From Octopus sinensis (Eukaryota), in the NCBI RefSeq assembly GCF_006345805.1, contig NC_043002.1:81778001-81842000 (forward strand): a stretch of DNA of 64,000 nt, given 5' to 3'. Shown here one piece after another: positions 24,350 to 36,618 of this stretch. Positions within the stretch are counted from its first letter, which is position 1, and the number at the start of each line of letters is the position of its first letter. Position numbers and translations under genes: made by a program. A model generated the notes under the pieces. It was given only the letters and a program-made list of their open reading frames with translations. It was not told where the DNA came from and did not search any database.

Positions 24350-25121
24350 TATGGCTGGGTAGTCTACATTACTCGGTAAGCATCAAAGTCCTGGTTTCCA
24401 AGTTTTTCTGGCTTATATATAGTCTTCCCTGGACGGGACGCGAGATTTTTTCCCACGAGAATTCCGGACCCCAGTAATAAACTCATTTGCATACAGCCAA
24501 TCAGAGTTCACCTTCACCGTGTCAAGTTAACAAACACACTCTACCAAGTAAACTCGAGACGAAGAACGGGGTTCTAAGTCGACCGATCGCCAAGTTATGG
24601 CTGATTTTAGGAGACACGTAATTAGATAGATTTGCATCTATACCTATTGTCGGATTTTGTTAGGGCCCCATATGGTAAATATGTGGATAGAGGTTAATGT
24701 GCTAGCAACCCTCTCCCCTTACTGCTTTACAAAGTAAACAACAACACAAATAACTACGCAGAGGCAGCCATGGTTGTAACAAGACAAGATCAAGAAGCAT
24801 TATTAAAAGAGAAAAGAAGCATGGTCATTCCTTGCCCAAGTGGCCTTATCTTATCGCCCATCACTTGTTATGCGCTCATAAATTAGTTTGATAGTTGAGC
24901 TCTGATTGGCTGTATGCAAATGAGTTTTATACCCGGGGTCCGGTACTCTCGTGGGAAAAAAATTTTTCGTGGACGGGACGCCGGTCCGTCGCAGGGATCA
25001 CTCTACTTTTACTGAGTGGAGCAATGAGTGAAATGAAGTGCTTTGCTCAAGAATACAACGCATCGAAACCACAACGTTACGGTTATGAATACAACACCAT
25101 AACCAGTGATCCATGCGCCTC

Positions 25122-25124
<3 letters not shown>
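24350..25124 (-). mobile_element. SINE-C variant split by a MITE
   Basis: Reverse head GTGGAGGCGCATGG at 25124; CCTGCGACGGACCGGCGTCCCGTCCA continues on the far side of the insert. Confidence 0.8.
24441..24969. mobile_element. Mutator-like MITE, 529 bp, about 70-bp TIRs, 11-bp TSD
   Basis: TSD TGGACGGGACG at 24430-24440 and 24970-24980; TIRs at 24441-24510 and 24896-24969. Confidence 0.9.
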
Positions 25125-25158
<34 letters not shown>

Positions 25159-25389
25159 TATATATATGTGTGTATCGAGTGTGGTTTGCAATTTGTTATG
25201 TGTGGCAAGAGTAAAGTGTGTGTGTGTTTACTTACATACATTAGAAAAATGTTTGATGAAAATAGTAGAAACTGTTGTTTACTAAACCCAGAGATCTGTA
25301 GAATGTTTCTGCGGATTTTAATCTTTTTCTTCCTTTTTAATTTAACCTTTTGATATATAATTTTTCTTAACATCTTTTTTTTTCTTTTG

Positions 25390-25431
<42 letters not shown>

Positions 25432-26121
25432 AAGACAAAAATACTCGTAACCAATTGTTCATTTTCATATCTTACATACAATAACGCTTATGTTTGTTTA
25501 TTTTGCATCCGAGTTCTTGTTTCTATATTTACTTGCTTCGGCACTGAAAATTATTTTCAATTAGCTTGACAGCTCCGTATTAATGTTAAAAATCCTGACT
25601 CATTCTTTAGCCTGGGAATTGATGTCCATAGAAACTCCTGATAAAGAATTTAATTTTGGTTGTAACTGCCAAATGACTCAGCAAAAGCACTAGATTAATA
25701 ATCGGCCTCATGCAAAATCTAATTGGTCAATAGATATATACCGTTGATAATAGAATGTAATAGTAGTAGTTGTATGTAGAGTGATTTTTATTCTCAGTGG
25801 TGTAACCACCATGAATGTATATCTGTTTGAATGTGTATCTTGTATTATTGGCATGCAGTCTGTTCGTGTATGCACACGTAGCTGAAACGCATTGCTTTAA
25901 TTTCTTCCTTCCACCCCCATTTTCACACTTTATATATATATATGTATCTATGTATATATATGTATAATTTATTTATTACACCTTCACTAAAATGAAGATG
26001 TATCTAAAATACTTCCAATTTTTCTTTGTGCAAAATTTGCCAATACTTAACCTTAGGCTTGTGACCACACATCTGCGATGGTGAAATATTATTTGCTTTT
26101 ATTTTCTTTTATTTAACTCAC

Positions 26122-26152
<31 letters not shown>

Positions 26153-27139
26153 TCTTACGCTGTTGTTTTAGTCTTTTTTGTTAAGAGGCGCCGACATCAA
26201 ATTGGAAGATCTAAAGATTGACGCGCACTCTGTTGATAAAGTAGTAATCACACACTCTCCCTTTTTTTTCTTCTCTTTTTCTGAGAGAATAATGTTGATT
26301 TAACGCTTAAAGATTTGGGCAAGAAGTGAGCTAGCTCAGTAACTCAGCTTTAATATTTTTCTTTTCTGCATTAAACTGATTATCTTTAATTTCTGTAGTC
26401 TCGTGTAGTGGTGTTTCATTAATACACGTTTGCGTTTGTATCTACAGAATTTTGAGAACAGAAAGATAAGATTTATTATTTTCCCTCCTAGACCCTGTTT
26501 AGCCTTTCAGCCAGCTTCTGTCGCTAAAATATGCACCGTCTAAAAAAAAAATTGAATTTTGTTTTTTCAGACCAAATTTTTAGGTTACATCTGAGGGTAT
26601 CTACTTTCCGCGGATATCAGCATATTATAGTAACAGAATTCCAAATGGTCTCTTAAATGAATTAATAGAGTGAAAAATACCCAGTGAATTACATTAATGA
26701 TACTGATATACATCAAAACATGTCTTAGTAAGTAAACATGGCCCCGTAGCTCTTAAGACTAGTTCACACCTGCTGTTTAATTGCGTTGCCTTCATACTTG
26801 ATCGACTTACGTTCGCCGAAGCCACACTCATTGGTTTTTTTTAAAGCATTTTTATTGTATATCCGTGATGAATTTATATCTCTAATTGAGCAATTCAATT
26901 ACAGTTTAAGGCTATAAATATTAAAACGAAAATTATAAATACCAGTGTATGAGGCTGTATTCGAGAACTTTATTTATTCCATATAAAACTGAAGTAGGAA
27001 TTTAATACGGCTTTTAACTTAGTAAACATTTCAAACAATTTTTAAAAAAAATTATAATCCTGCAAAATCACATTGTCATCATCATCATCATCACCATTCT
27101 ATAGTTGTATAAGCAGGCGTTATGTATGGGGTGTATGTT

Positions 27140-27375
27140 TGTATTAAAGTCTGGTACTTATTTTTTCGGTCTTTTTTGCCGAACCGCTAAGTTACAGGAA
27201 CGTATACATACTGACACCAGTTGTTAAACGGTGGTGGGGAACAAACACACACACACACACGACGGGCTTCTTTCAGTTTCCGTCTACAAAATCCACTCTT
27301 TCTGGTCGGCGCAAGGCTATATAGTTAGACACTTGCCCAAGATGCTACGCAGTGGGACTGAACCCGGAACCATGT
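27140..27375 (-). mobile_element. SINE-A, partial
   Basis: TTTTGCCGAACCGCTAAG...GACGGGCTTCTTTCAG...GTGGGACTGAACCCGGAACC. Confidence 0.88.
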
Positions 27376-29029
27376 ATTACTGGTTTGAATGTGTATAATC
27401 AAACATCAAAGAAGTAGTTTGTTTGACATTATTAAGTGTTGTTTATTTCAGTTACTTTGGTAGTTCCTTCTCGACATAGATCTTTCTCCTTAAATTGTTG
27501 TTTTTGGACATTAGAAAATGAAAAAGGCGACGCTTCACCATACACCAATGCTTTTGTCCAGCTATCATATGATAAACATGTTCTGGTCAATCAGGATTCG
27601 TCCACGTAAACCGCATACTTTCACATGTGTGTGTGTGTGTGTGTGTCTATGCCTGCCAATTAACGTAATCAACAATGTTTAAAATATGTGTGATGTTCTA
27701 TATTTTAGAATTTATGTCAAATCAACCTTTGATAAATGTATAGGCTTTATGAAAAGCCTGCACATTCCAGAATTCCATTTATATACCTCCTTCCAAACAC
27801 AAAATTCTTTGATGTACCGTGTGTGTATTATTTTCTTTGTATTGTTATGAAATGGGGAATCTGTATGCTTAAAGTGGGGCCTTCCATCTTGACCAAAAAA
27901 GATGCAGTAACTATATTCTAAACGGGGGACCAATATCGATAATGTCTTTGTTTCTCTACCTCTCCTTCCACCCACCTCTCTTTTCCTTTCTTCCTTCCTT
28001 CCTTTCTTTTTATGCACACACATAAACCTGCTGCCTTCTCACTCTTTTGTCATTCTTCCTCTTCTCTTTTATTGTTTGCAATATGTAATTCTGCAGTATC
28101 GACACGATAATGTCAGTGTTCCAGAGATAATAGCAATATCAATAAAATAATAAATGGTAGACACTTGTGTAGTTTAAGGGATGCGATAATGTTGAACCGG
28201 CTTGTGTTAAGAGAATTTTTGTATTTCTCTTATTTTCTTTTCGTTTTCCTTTTTTGTTTTTACTACAACCTCGTTCCATTCTTTTCTTGCCTTACCACTC
28301 TCCTTTCCTCCTCTCTCATCATTGAACCGAGAGAAATAACTACTACTACTATTACTACAACTACTACTACTATTGCTAGTAGTAGTATTACTGCTGTTTA
28401 CTGATCATCCTTCTATTGTTGTACTTAATGTTCCCAACGAGTAATGGTGCAATGTCCACTGCTAGGATCTGGAAAATGGTTGTTCAATATCTATCATTAG
28501 CAACGGAAACTACTTTCTAATGTCATTTTTCTAACTCTGAGAAATCAAACGCTCTAGAAATATGTATTATTAACTACAACTGGCTTTTTGGTGGGGCAGA
28601 GGAGGCTCTTTATTTTAGTTAGTAGTAACTTATCAATATTTCTTGTCTTAACATAAATACGCATAAAAATATCTCGTATCTTATTTGATTTATTTATTTT
28701 AAAATCCATTAAGCAAGCAAGAGAGCTTATAGTGTACAGGAATATCTATGAATTTTCTAGAGTTAAAATTCTTTATTTCTATTTCTCTTCTCTTTTTTTT
28801 TTTTTTTCGCGTTGGCAAGCGTTGCCACAGCAAAGCGCAACCCCACTCCCCTCTCTCAGTGTTTGTTAGGTTTTGTAACGTTCCGAATGCCATGTGAAGG
28901 TCCTCGAAACGAGATGAATCGATGGTTTGGTTAGTATAAAAAATAAAAGTGTTCTATGAAAGATTACTGCGAATGGATACAAATGGATGTTGTTGTTTGT
29001 TTGTTTGTTTAAGATACATCTCAACCAAT

Positions 29030-29365
29030 ACTCTGGAATGCATCATCAATGATATTTCTGGGATTTCGAGTCTTTGAACATCAGACTTCCCCCTACCGCC
29101 CTCGTTGACTCAGGCAGGGTCGATCACATCCCAGCTTGCATTCCAGTAGCAGCAAACAGTTGTTTGCACTCTTTATCCAAATCCACCTAGTGACCTCTAC
29201 AGCTTTGGTGATGGAATGTATAACCTTTCTCTTTGCTGCATCAGTAATTTCAAGGCCCAGTCAGAGTTTTTCTGAATGAACGCCGTAAAACCCCACCTCG
29301 ATTGCCTCGCAACGTGTCTGCCAGTCCTGATGTCTGCATTGCTCTTTCAGCTCCTGATCACCTGT
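29030..29365 (-). pseudogene. 3' end of a HERO-like (restriction-like endonuclease) non-LTR retrotransposon
   Basis: Minus frame reads ELKEQCRHQDWQTRCEAIEVGFYG...*LGLEITDAAKRKVIHSITKAVEVTRWIWIK, matching the recalled HERO C-terminal pattern; followed by a GATGTTCAAAGACTCGAAA...GATGATG tail. Confidence 0.75.
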
Positions 29366-30579
29366 TAGGTTGAAATAAAAAAAGATAACTATGAAAACTG
29401 AATATGAAGTAGACTAAAGGGGTAGGAATAATAATTTACTGGAATACGTTAAAAGTTTGGATGGCTATTCCTGAGTTGGAGAGATTTTAGTTTGTCATAA
29501 AATACATTTTCAGTCTTCACTTTGATGACAATTAGGAAATTCCAAACTAAAATATTTAGTGAAACAGTAATAATAGTTATTTGTGTACGCCCTTATTCTT
29601 TAGATTTCTGACACACGTATCTTTCAAGAACTCGTATGTTGAAGTCCATTACTTATTGGTGTCCAATGACCGAGACACTCTTCCAGGTTATCTCAAAAAG
29701 TTTCAAGTTTCCTTCTAATATAGCAATAACAAGACTTGTCATACAACGGTTGAATAGCGTAAGCGTTTTAGTATGTGTATTAATATTTTTAATGTAGCTG
29801 TACTCTGGAGTGAATAAGCGATTGTGAGAACTATCAGTAGTGGGTTACTGTATTGTCTGCGATGTCTATACAGTGATAGAGCAGGACTAAACAACTACCG
29901 ACAGAGATGTGATGTACCAACTAGCAGTGTTGTGTTCATATTATTAACTTCAAAACGTTGTCAAGAAACTCGAAAACACTCAGGAAATCATTGGAACATA
30001 AAGATGACATCACCAGTTTTCAAAAAGTGTACATCTAAAACGAATATTGCACAAAATAAAGGAATTTGAGCATCCCACAACTAAAACAAGGTCGTTAGTA
30101 TGTGCATCACTTGCAGCTCATAGAGACAACAGACGAGAAAGAAACTCTGAGACATATACAAGTGCTATTTCCATTGTTTGAAACGGACAAAGAAACGAAA
30201 CAAAAACAAAACAAAACGAAATCATTAATTTCACACAACCAGACGACAGACAACACGATATAGTAGCCATTGAAAACGTAACATTCGCCAACAAACGATT
30301 CAGATTCTGCTTGGTTTGCCTCAGTAGTCAATAACGAGTGTAAAAGCAAGCGTAATAATATTAATGATGATTAATGATAGTCAATTCTCAATGTGTAAGA
30401 GAAAGATTATTTAACTAATGTTTTTAAATGGAAACTAGTTTACATTTTTACTCCAACCACCGGAAAACTAAGAGTTGCTAGAATGACAGAATTTTTTTCT
30501 GAAATAGTCTGAAGTTGATGGGTTCGATGTTTGCTCAGACATTACTCCACTAAGTACTGAGGTCGGTGGTGTTAATATC

Positions 30580-30812
30580 TATTTCTTTATTGCCCACAAG
30601 GGGCTAAACATAAAGGGGACAAACAAGGACAGACATAGGTATTAAGTCGATTACATCGACTCCAGTGCGTAACTGGTACTTAATTTATCGACCCCGAAAG
30701 GATGAAAGGCAAAGTCGACCTCGGCGGAATTTGAACTCAGAATGTAACGGCAGACGAAATACTGCTAAGCATTTCGCCCGGCGTGCTAACGCATCTGCCA
30801 GCTCGCCGCCTT
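30580..30812 (-). mobile_element. Full-length young SINE-B
   Basis: Reverse AAGGCGGCGAGCTGGCAGATGCG head, B box GAGTTCAAATTCC, central GCCTTTCATCCTTTCGGGGTCGATAAA; CpGs intact. Confidence 0.95.
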
Positions 30813-31149
30813 AATATCACCGATTAAACCTTCGAGGAAGATGCCCCAGTATGGCCGTAGTCCAATGGCTGAGAATAGAGGGGAAGGAATGACTAAAAAA
30901 AAAAGTATGTTGGTGGGCCATGAAAAGCGAGAGGCTAATATTTCAAGCCCCCCTTTTCCTCTTTCTGTGATAAAGGGGGCAAAGGAACGGGAAGAAAAAA
31001 AGATTCAGTTATTTATTTTATTTACCAGTTCGTAAGTTTTTCATGTCTTTGAAGGATGGGTCGTTTATGAAAGGTTTTATTGTGGTGGCCCCTATTTCCA
31101 CTTCCTTTTTCGGGTTCATGGCTGGTTCAACAAGTGCTGTTGAATGTGA

Positions 31150-31800
31150 TAGATGTGTTGTTTGTTGTTCTTCTTTAGTCCCAGTTCGACTTTGATTGAG
31201 CGGGCCTATTCGAGATCAAAGACATTCAAGTATTGACCATCCCCCGTCTTATTTGAAGTAGGTTACCGACCATGTACATATTGTATTAATCTGCTTTCTG
31301 TTCTCAAGGCAGCAGGGTGCGATATGAGGTAGATTTGGTTGCAGTTTCTAGCAGGTCGAGCGACCATGTAGTTTTTTTCGTTTACTGCCAAGTCGTTTTA
31401 AGTGAACAGACCTCTAGATCAAAAGGATGCCAGTCGTAGCAAATCCGTCTTTTATAATATTGGATATTTTTAAATGCGAAATGTTTTTAAGACGTTGCGA
31501 TTTCAAGGAAACTTAGCTGTTATTTCTAGCAGGAGACCGAACCTGTTGATAGTGTTGCTGTTTGTGTGAGCAACAGTTGTTTAATCTCAGCTCGGCTTTG
31601 ATCTTCGCAAGCCTTATTTATATAGGTTAATAAAAGGTTAATATTAATAAAAGTCAAGATATGACCACCCCATTTTATTTTCGAGTATAGTGTGCCCTCG
31701 TCTACATTATTCCATATCTCTCCACTCCACCCCGGTGCGGTCTGGTTTTGCTGGAGATTTTGGCTGCTATTTTTAACAGCCTGAGTGGCTACGCAGAGAC
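31150..31800 (+). repeat. Three degenerate tandem copies of family R
   Basis: GATCAAAG...GACCATC...GATTTGG(T/C)TGC..TTTCTAGCAGG recurs, with 3' motifs near 31340, 31520 and 31765. Confidence 0.6.
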
Positions 31801-31920
31801 TCTTTTATAGGCCCCTGTGTGAGCAACGCATAGATATGGGTAATGTCTCCTATTTATGATTAATTATTGCATAATCAGTCGCAACTAGTGGTGGTGGCGG
31901 TGGTTGATGTTCACTAATTT

Positions 31921-32128
31921 CTTTTCTTTTACTTGTTTCAGTCATTTGACTGTGGCCATGCTGGAGCAGCGCTTTTAGCCGAGCAAATCGACCCCCCAGG
32001 ACTTATTCTTTGTAAGCCTAGTTAGTACTTATTATATCGGTCTCTTTTGCCGAATCGCTAGCTTACGGGGACGTAAACACACCAGCATCGGCTGTCAAGC
32101 GATGTTGGGGACAAACACACACATACAG

Positions 32129-32159
<31 letters not shown>

Positions 32160-32327
32160 TATACGACGGGCTTCTTTCAGTTTTCGTCTACCAAATCCAC
32201 TCACAAGGCTTTGTTCGGCCCGAGGCTATAGTAGAAGACACTTGCCCAAGGTGTCACGCAGTGGGACTGAACCCGGAGCCATGTGGTTGGTAAGCAAGCT
32301 ACTTACCACACATCCACTCCTACGCCT
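31921..32327 (-). mobile_element. Full-length young SINE-A
   Basis: Near-identical to the reverse complement of 7144-7597. Confidence 0.95.
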
Positions 32328-33380
32328 ATAGATTAACATACAAACGTATGTACACACACACACACACACACACACATTGATCTCCCTACAAACACAACAA
32401 CTAACGGTGCTGAGCAGATCTCAGACTCAGTAAATCAACTAAGCAATACAACTTATTTTAGTAAATCAAAAAATATCATTTAAACTTTTTCAAAGTATTT
32501 TTTAACGATCTCGGCTGCATTTTTTTCTTATTTTTTCCTTCTCCTTTTACTTTGCCTGTCTCCTCCTTAAAGTTTTATAGAAAGCTAAATTGACGGCAAT
32601 GATATTATGTCGTTCGTTCACTCGAAGCGCCTGTACACTTTTGATGGAATTCGCACCAATTTCTGCTTCCAATTAGAACGTTTGATATTTATTTTCTGCA
32701 CCAGCTTTTGCTGAGTTCTGTAAAAAGTAAGGTAATTTGTGAATGCGTTGTATATTTAATTTGTGTTTGATGCGAAGTAACACGTCTTCGCGGGGAGTTT
32801 TGCAAAATCTAGAAATTTGATTTGTCTGTCTGTAGAACAAACGGAAAAATATATAATGGGATACATTTGTGTGTATGTGTGATATGTATAAACGCATGTG
32901 TGTGTGTACATACAAGTACGTGTGTGTATTAAGAGGACACGGCTTGTATTTTAAATCACACACACACACATCAAATAAGCGATGTACTTGTATCACTTAT
33001 TGTTCAATTTGTATTTTGTACAGCAAACGTGAATGTTTCTTTTTCCCTTTTCCCCACCCTTCATTTTTTTTGTGTCCGACTTAAAAATTATTAAATATAT
33101 TTCGACAGTGTTTGGAGGTATTTTGCACCCGCCGCTCCTCAACATGAGTGTGAGCGTTACAGTCCCCTCCTCCTAATTTTTCCATGGGGCTCCGTAGGTG
33201 TGTGTCAGTCAGTCACACGTTTGTGGGTTTATCTTATCAGCCCTGGTTTTTTTTTCTTTCAAAAAACATGTTGCTACTTTTTTTTTTTACTGATGCATTC
33301 TCCAACACACGAGCATTTCACATGTATGTATACACACAATAAGCCATTGCGTATTGCCCGGTCTTTTCCGCTCATACACT

Positions 33381-33424
<44 letters not shown>

Positions 33425-33509
33425 TATACATGTATATAAATACATATACATATATATACACACACACACATGTATATAAATACATATACATATATTTAAA
33501 TGTGTGTAT

Positions 33510-33533
33510 ATATATATAAATACATATATATAA

Positions 33534-33596
<63 letters not shown>

Positions 33597-34203
33597 AATA
33601 AAATCTGAACTATTTCCTATAGCCATTTTGCTTCGTCTGTTCGTCGTCTCACATCAATGACATGTACCGCTTTAACATAGCTGCTCAGTAAACAGATAGA
33701 TTAAATTATATATAAACATACAAACTTTTTATTTTTTTTATTTTTATTATCATTATTTATTTCACCATTCGAGTGAAACTTCAAGCACAGCAAAAAAAAA
33801 AAAAAAAAAAAAAAAGCATTGGTATTTAAAGCATAGTCTAATTAAAAGAGACTTGCGCTGTAATTAGCGCTTGTTTGTTCATTGGTGCCATTAGTTAGTT
33901 AGTAGTATCCAACACAAATGCGAAATGGTTTGAAGTTGATAATCGTACTTGTGAAACCTTTTGCGGCACTCTTGATATTTCAATCGGAACTGGAAGACGT
34001 TTAAGTAATGTGTTTTGGATTTTCGTTTTCTTCTTCACCAACAACTACAACAACACCACCACCACCCTCTGTTTTACTCACTCTCTTTCTTTCTTGTCTC
34101 CTCCTCTGTATATATCAATATTTCGTTAATAAAGAAAGGAAGTGTATATATATATATATTATATATATATAAATACATATATATAAATGTGTGTGTGTGT
34201 GTT

Positions 34204-34242
<39 letters not shown>

Positions 34243-34788
34243 TTAAATAAAATCTGAACTATTTCCTATAGCCATTTTGCTTCGTCTGTTCGTCGTCTCA
34301 CATCAATGACATGTACCGCTTTAACATAGCTGCTCAGTAAACAGATAGATTAAATTATATATAAACATACAAACTTTTTATTTTTTTTTTTTTTATTATC
34401 ATTATTTATTTCACCATTCGAGTGAAACTTCAAGCACAGCAAAAAAAAAAAAAAAAAAAAAAGCATTGGTATTTAAAGCATAGTCTAATTAAAAGAGACT
34501 TGCGCTGTAATTAGCGCTTGTTTGTTCATTGGTGCCATTAGTTAGTTAGTAGTATCCAACACAAATGCGAAATGGTTTGAAGTTGATAATCGTACTTGTG
34601 AAACCTTTTGCGGCACTCTTGATATTTCAATCGGAACTGGAAGACGTTTAAGTAATGTGTTTTGGATTTTCGTTTTCTTCTTCACCAACAACTACAACAA
34701 CACCACCACCACCCTCTGTTTTACTCACTCTCTTTCTTTCTTGTCTCCTCCTCTGTATATATCAATATTTCGTTAATAAAGAAAGGAA

Positions 34789-34795
<7 letters not shown>
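33510..34795. repeat. Direct tandem duplication with a unit of about 650 bp
   Basis: TCTGAACTATTTCC starts at 33604 and 34253; the copies differ essentially only in homopolymer and microsatellite tracts. Confidence 0.95.
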
Positions 34796-34837
<42 letters not shown>

Positions 34838-35065
34838 TAGTATAGTATAATTTTCTCAACAGTGTAATGAAAACCATGTGGTTTGAATCAATTTACTTAG
34901 TTCTTATAACATTGATTATCTTAAGTATGTAAGATCGTTAAGTTTAGAGATGATCATCAACAGACTTTCTCTTTCACGAATTCATCCACACGCGCACAAT
35001 TTTCCCTCCCGCAAGTTGAAAATAGTTTGTTCTTCTAAGGTGTTGGGTTAGTTTTAATAAATGGT

Positions 35066-35312
35066 TACTATTTAAGAAGAGTGGTCTCGGTGCGTGCACT
35101 CGCGTACCCGCGCTAGCTAGTCGTGACTAGTCGATCCTTACTTTGTGTTTTTGTGTTTAAAAAAAATTTTTTTTGTGTAAATTTTTTAAAATTTATTTTG
35201 TGTTTTATTTACTTTGCTAGGTGGTCGTTGTAGGATCGACTCGTCACGACTAGCTAGCGCGGACGCGCGAGTACACGAGTGCGCGCACCGGGACCACTCT
35301 TCTTAAATAGTA
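35066..35312. mobile_element. Foldback MITE with CpG-rich 70-80 bp TIRs, TA-bounded
   Basis: TACTATTTAAGAAGAGTGGTC...GTCGATCCT (35066-35138) and AGGATCGAC...GACCACTCTTCTTAAATAGTA (35232-35312). Confidence 0.9.
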
Positions 35313-36137
35313 CCTAATAAATTATGTAACGCATAATAATAATAATAATAATAACTAATTTTAAATGGGGCACCCTATGACATTAATATATCCATGTTTA
35401 AGCTTCATTTCTATTCCTCTAGAATTTCTTTTTCTGGATTGCAAAATCCCCTCTTTTAGACATCTCTGTCTCTCTCTTTCTCTCATATGTATACACACAC
35501 ACACACTACATACACAAAATTTAAATTTTCAAACCCTCTTTACGAGACACTCACACACCATGCAATCCTTTACATATTTATGGATAGGCAGATATTATTT
35601 CTTGTGATATGAGTGCACATTAAATTAGTACCTTTTTCTTTTCTTTTCTTCTTTTTTTTTATGCGTCGGTGATGAATATGAGTATGTGGGTGTTAACTTT
35701 TATACACCGGCGTTATAGAGGATAGGTTTTTTTTTAATATTTTCTTACGATTTGTTAATAGCCGTGTCGTGAATGAACTTAAAGTTGCCATCCATCCAAG
35801 CTCTTTCCACTCACTTATAAACTGAATGTGCTGAGCCCATTAAACAACATTATGCAAATCTGATGTACGAAAACGAAATGTTGACAGCTATAATAAGAAG
35901 AACACGTAAAGGAAATAAAAAAAAAAGAAAAAGAAAGAAAAACTCTTCTTTTTGAATAATATACCTTTTTTGTTGTTGTTGTTTTTTTTTTATGGTAGTG
36001 GTGGTGAGGAGTTTTTATTCCGCTCTCAATATAGGTATTTTTGTACTGAGACTAGAAAATGCCTGAAAAATAAGTATTGCGTGAATGCGGTGGATTAAAA
36101 AAAGATTTTTTACCCACCCCGTTTTATTATTATTATT

Positions 36138-36596
36138 GAGTGAGAGAGCAGTGCATGCCATCAAAGTGGCACTGGGGTAAAATATACGAAGCCCAATATA
36201 CCCATCATGACTACCCGTCTGATAAGGGTACACCAGGCACATGCATCACAACCATATGTGCGCGAAATGGTGATCTCATATCAAGATAAACAGCACATGA
36301 CCTTGCAGGTGGGGCCCAGTTAGAATTTTCTTCAGGTTGAGTAGCCCATCCCGCTCAAGAGGTCCCTGAATAAGGGTTGTTTAAGGATGTTGAAAGAACC
36401 ACCCATGTTTCCAGAGGTGAATTATTCAAACCCCAAAGAATCCCTCTCAACACATGGCTATGATGCTCCCCCACTACTTCTGCTCGTGATCAGAGATGCA
36501 CATATCGTCAGCCACTAAGGGACATGCTCAACTGGTTAAGGTCAAACAACTGACAAGCAAATCTGTGGTATTGAGCAGAATATTTGCTGTAGCCCA
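36138..36596 (-). mobile_element. Retroelement 3' segment inserted in (TAA)n, possibly Dong/R4-related
   Basis: About 460 bp of complex sequence with (TTA)n on both sides. Family and orientation are inferred from the TAA target and from recall. Confidence 0.5.
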
Positions 36597-36618
36597 TTTA
36601 TTATTATTATTATTATTA

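Noticed and set aside
25595-25685. Two TGACTCA (AP-1) sites about 77 bp apart
   Set aside because: Seven-base motifs alone are insufficient evidence for an enhancer.
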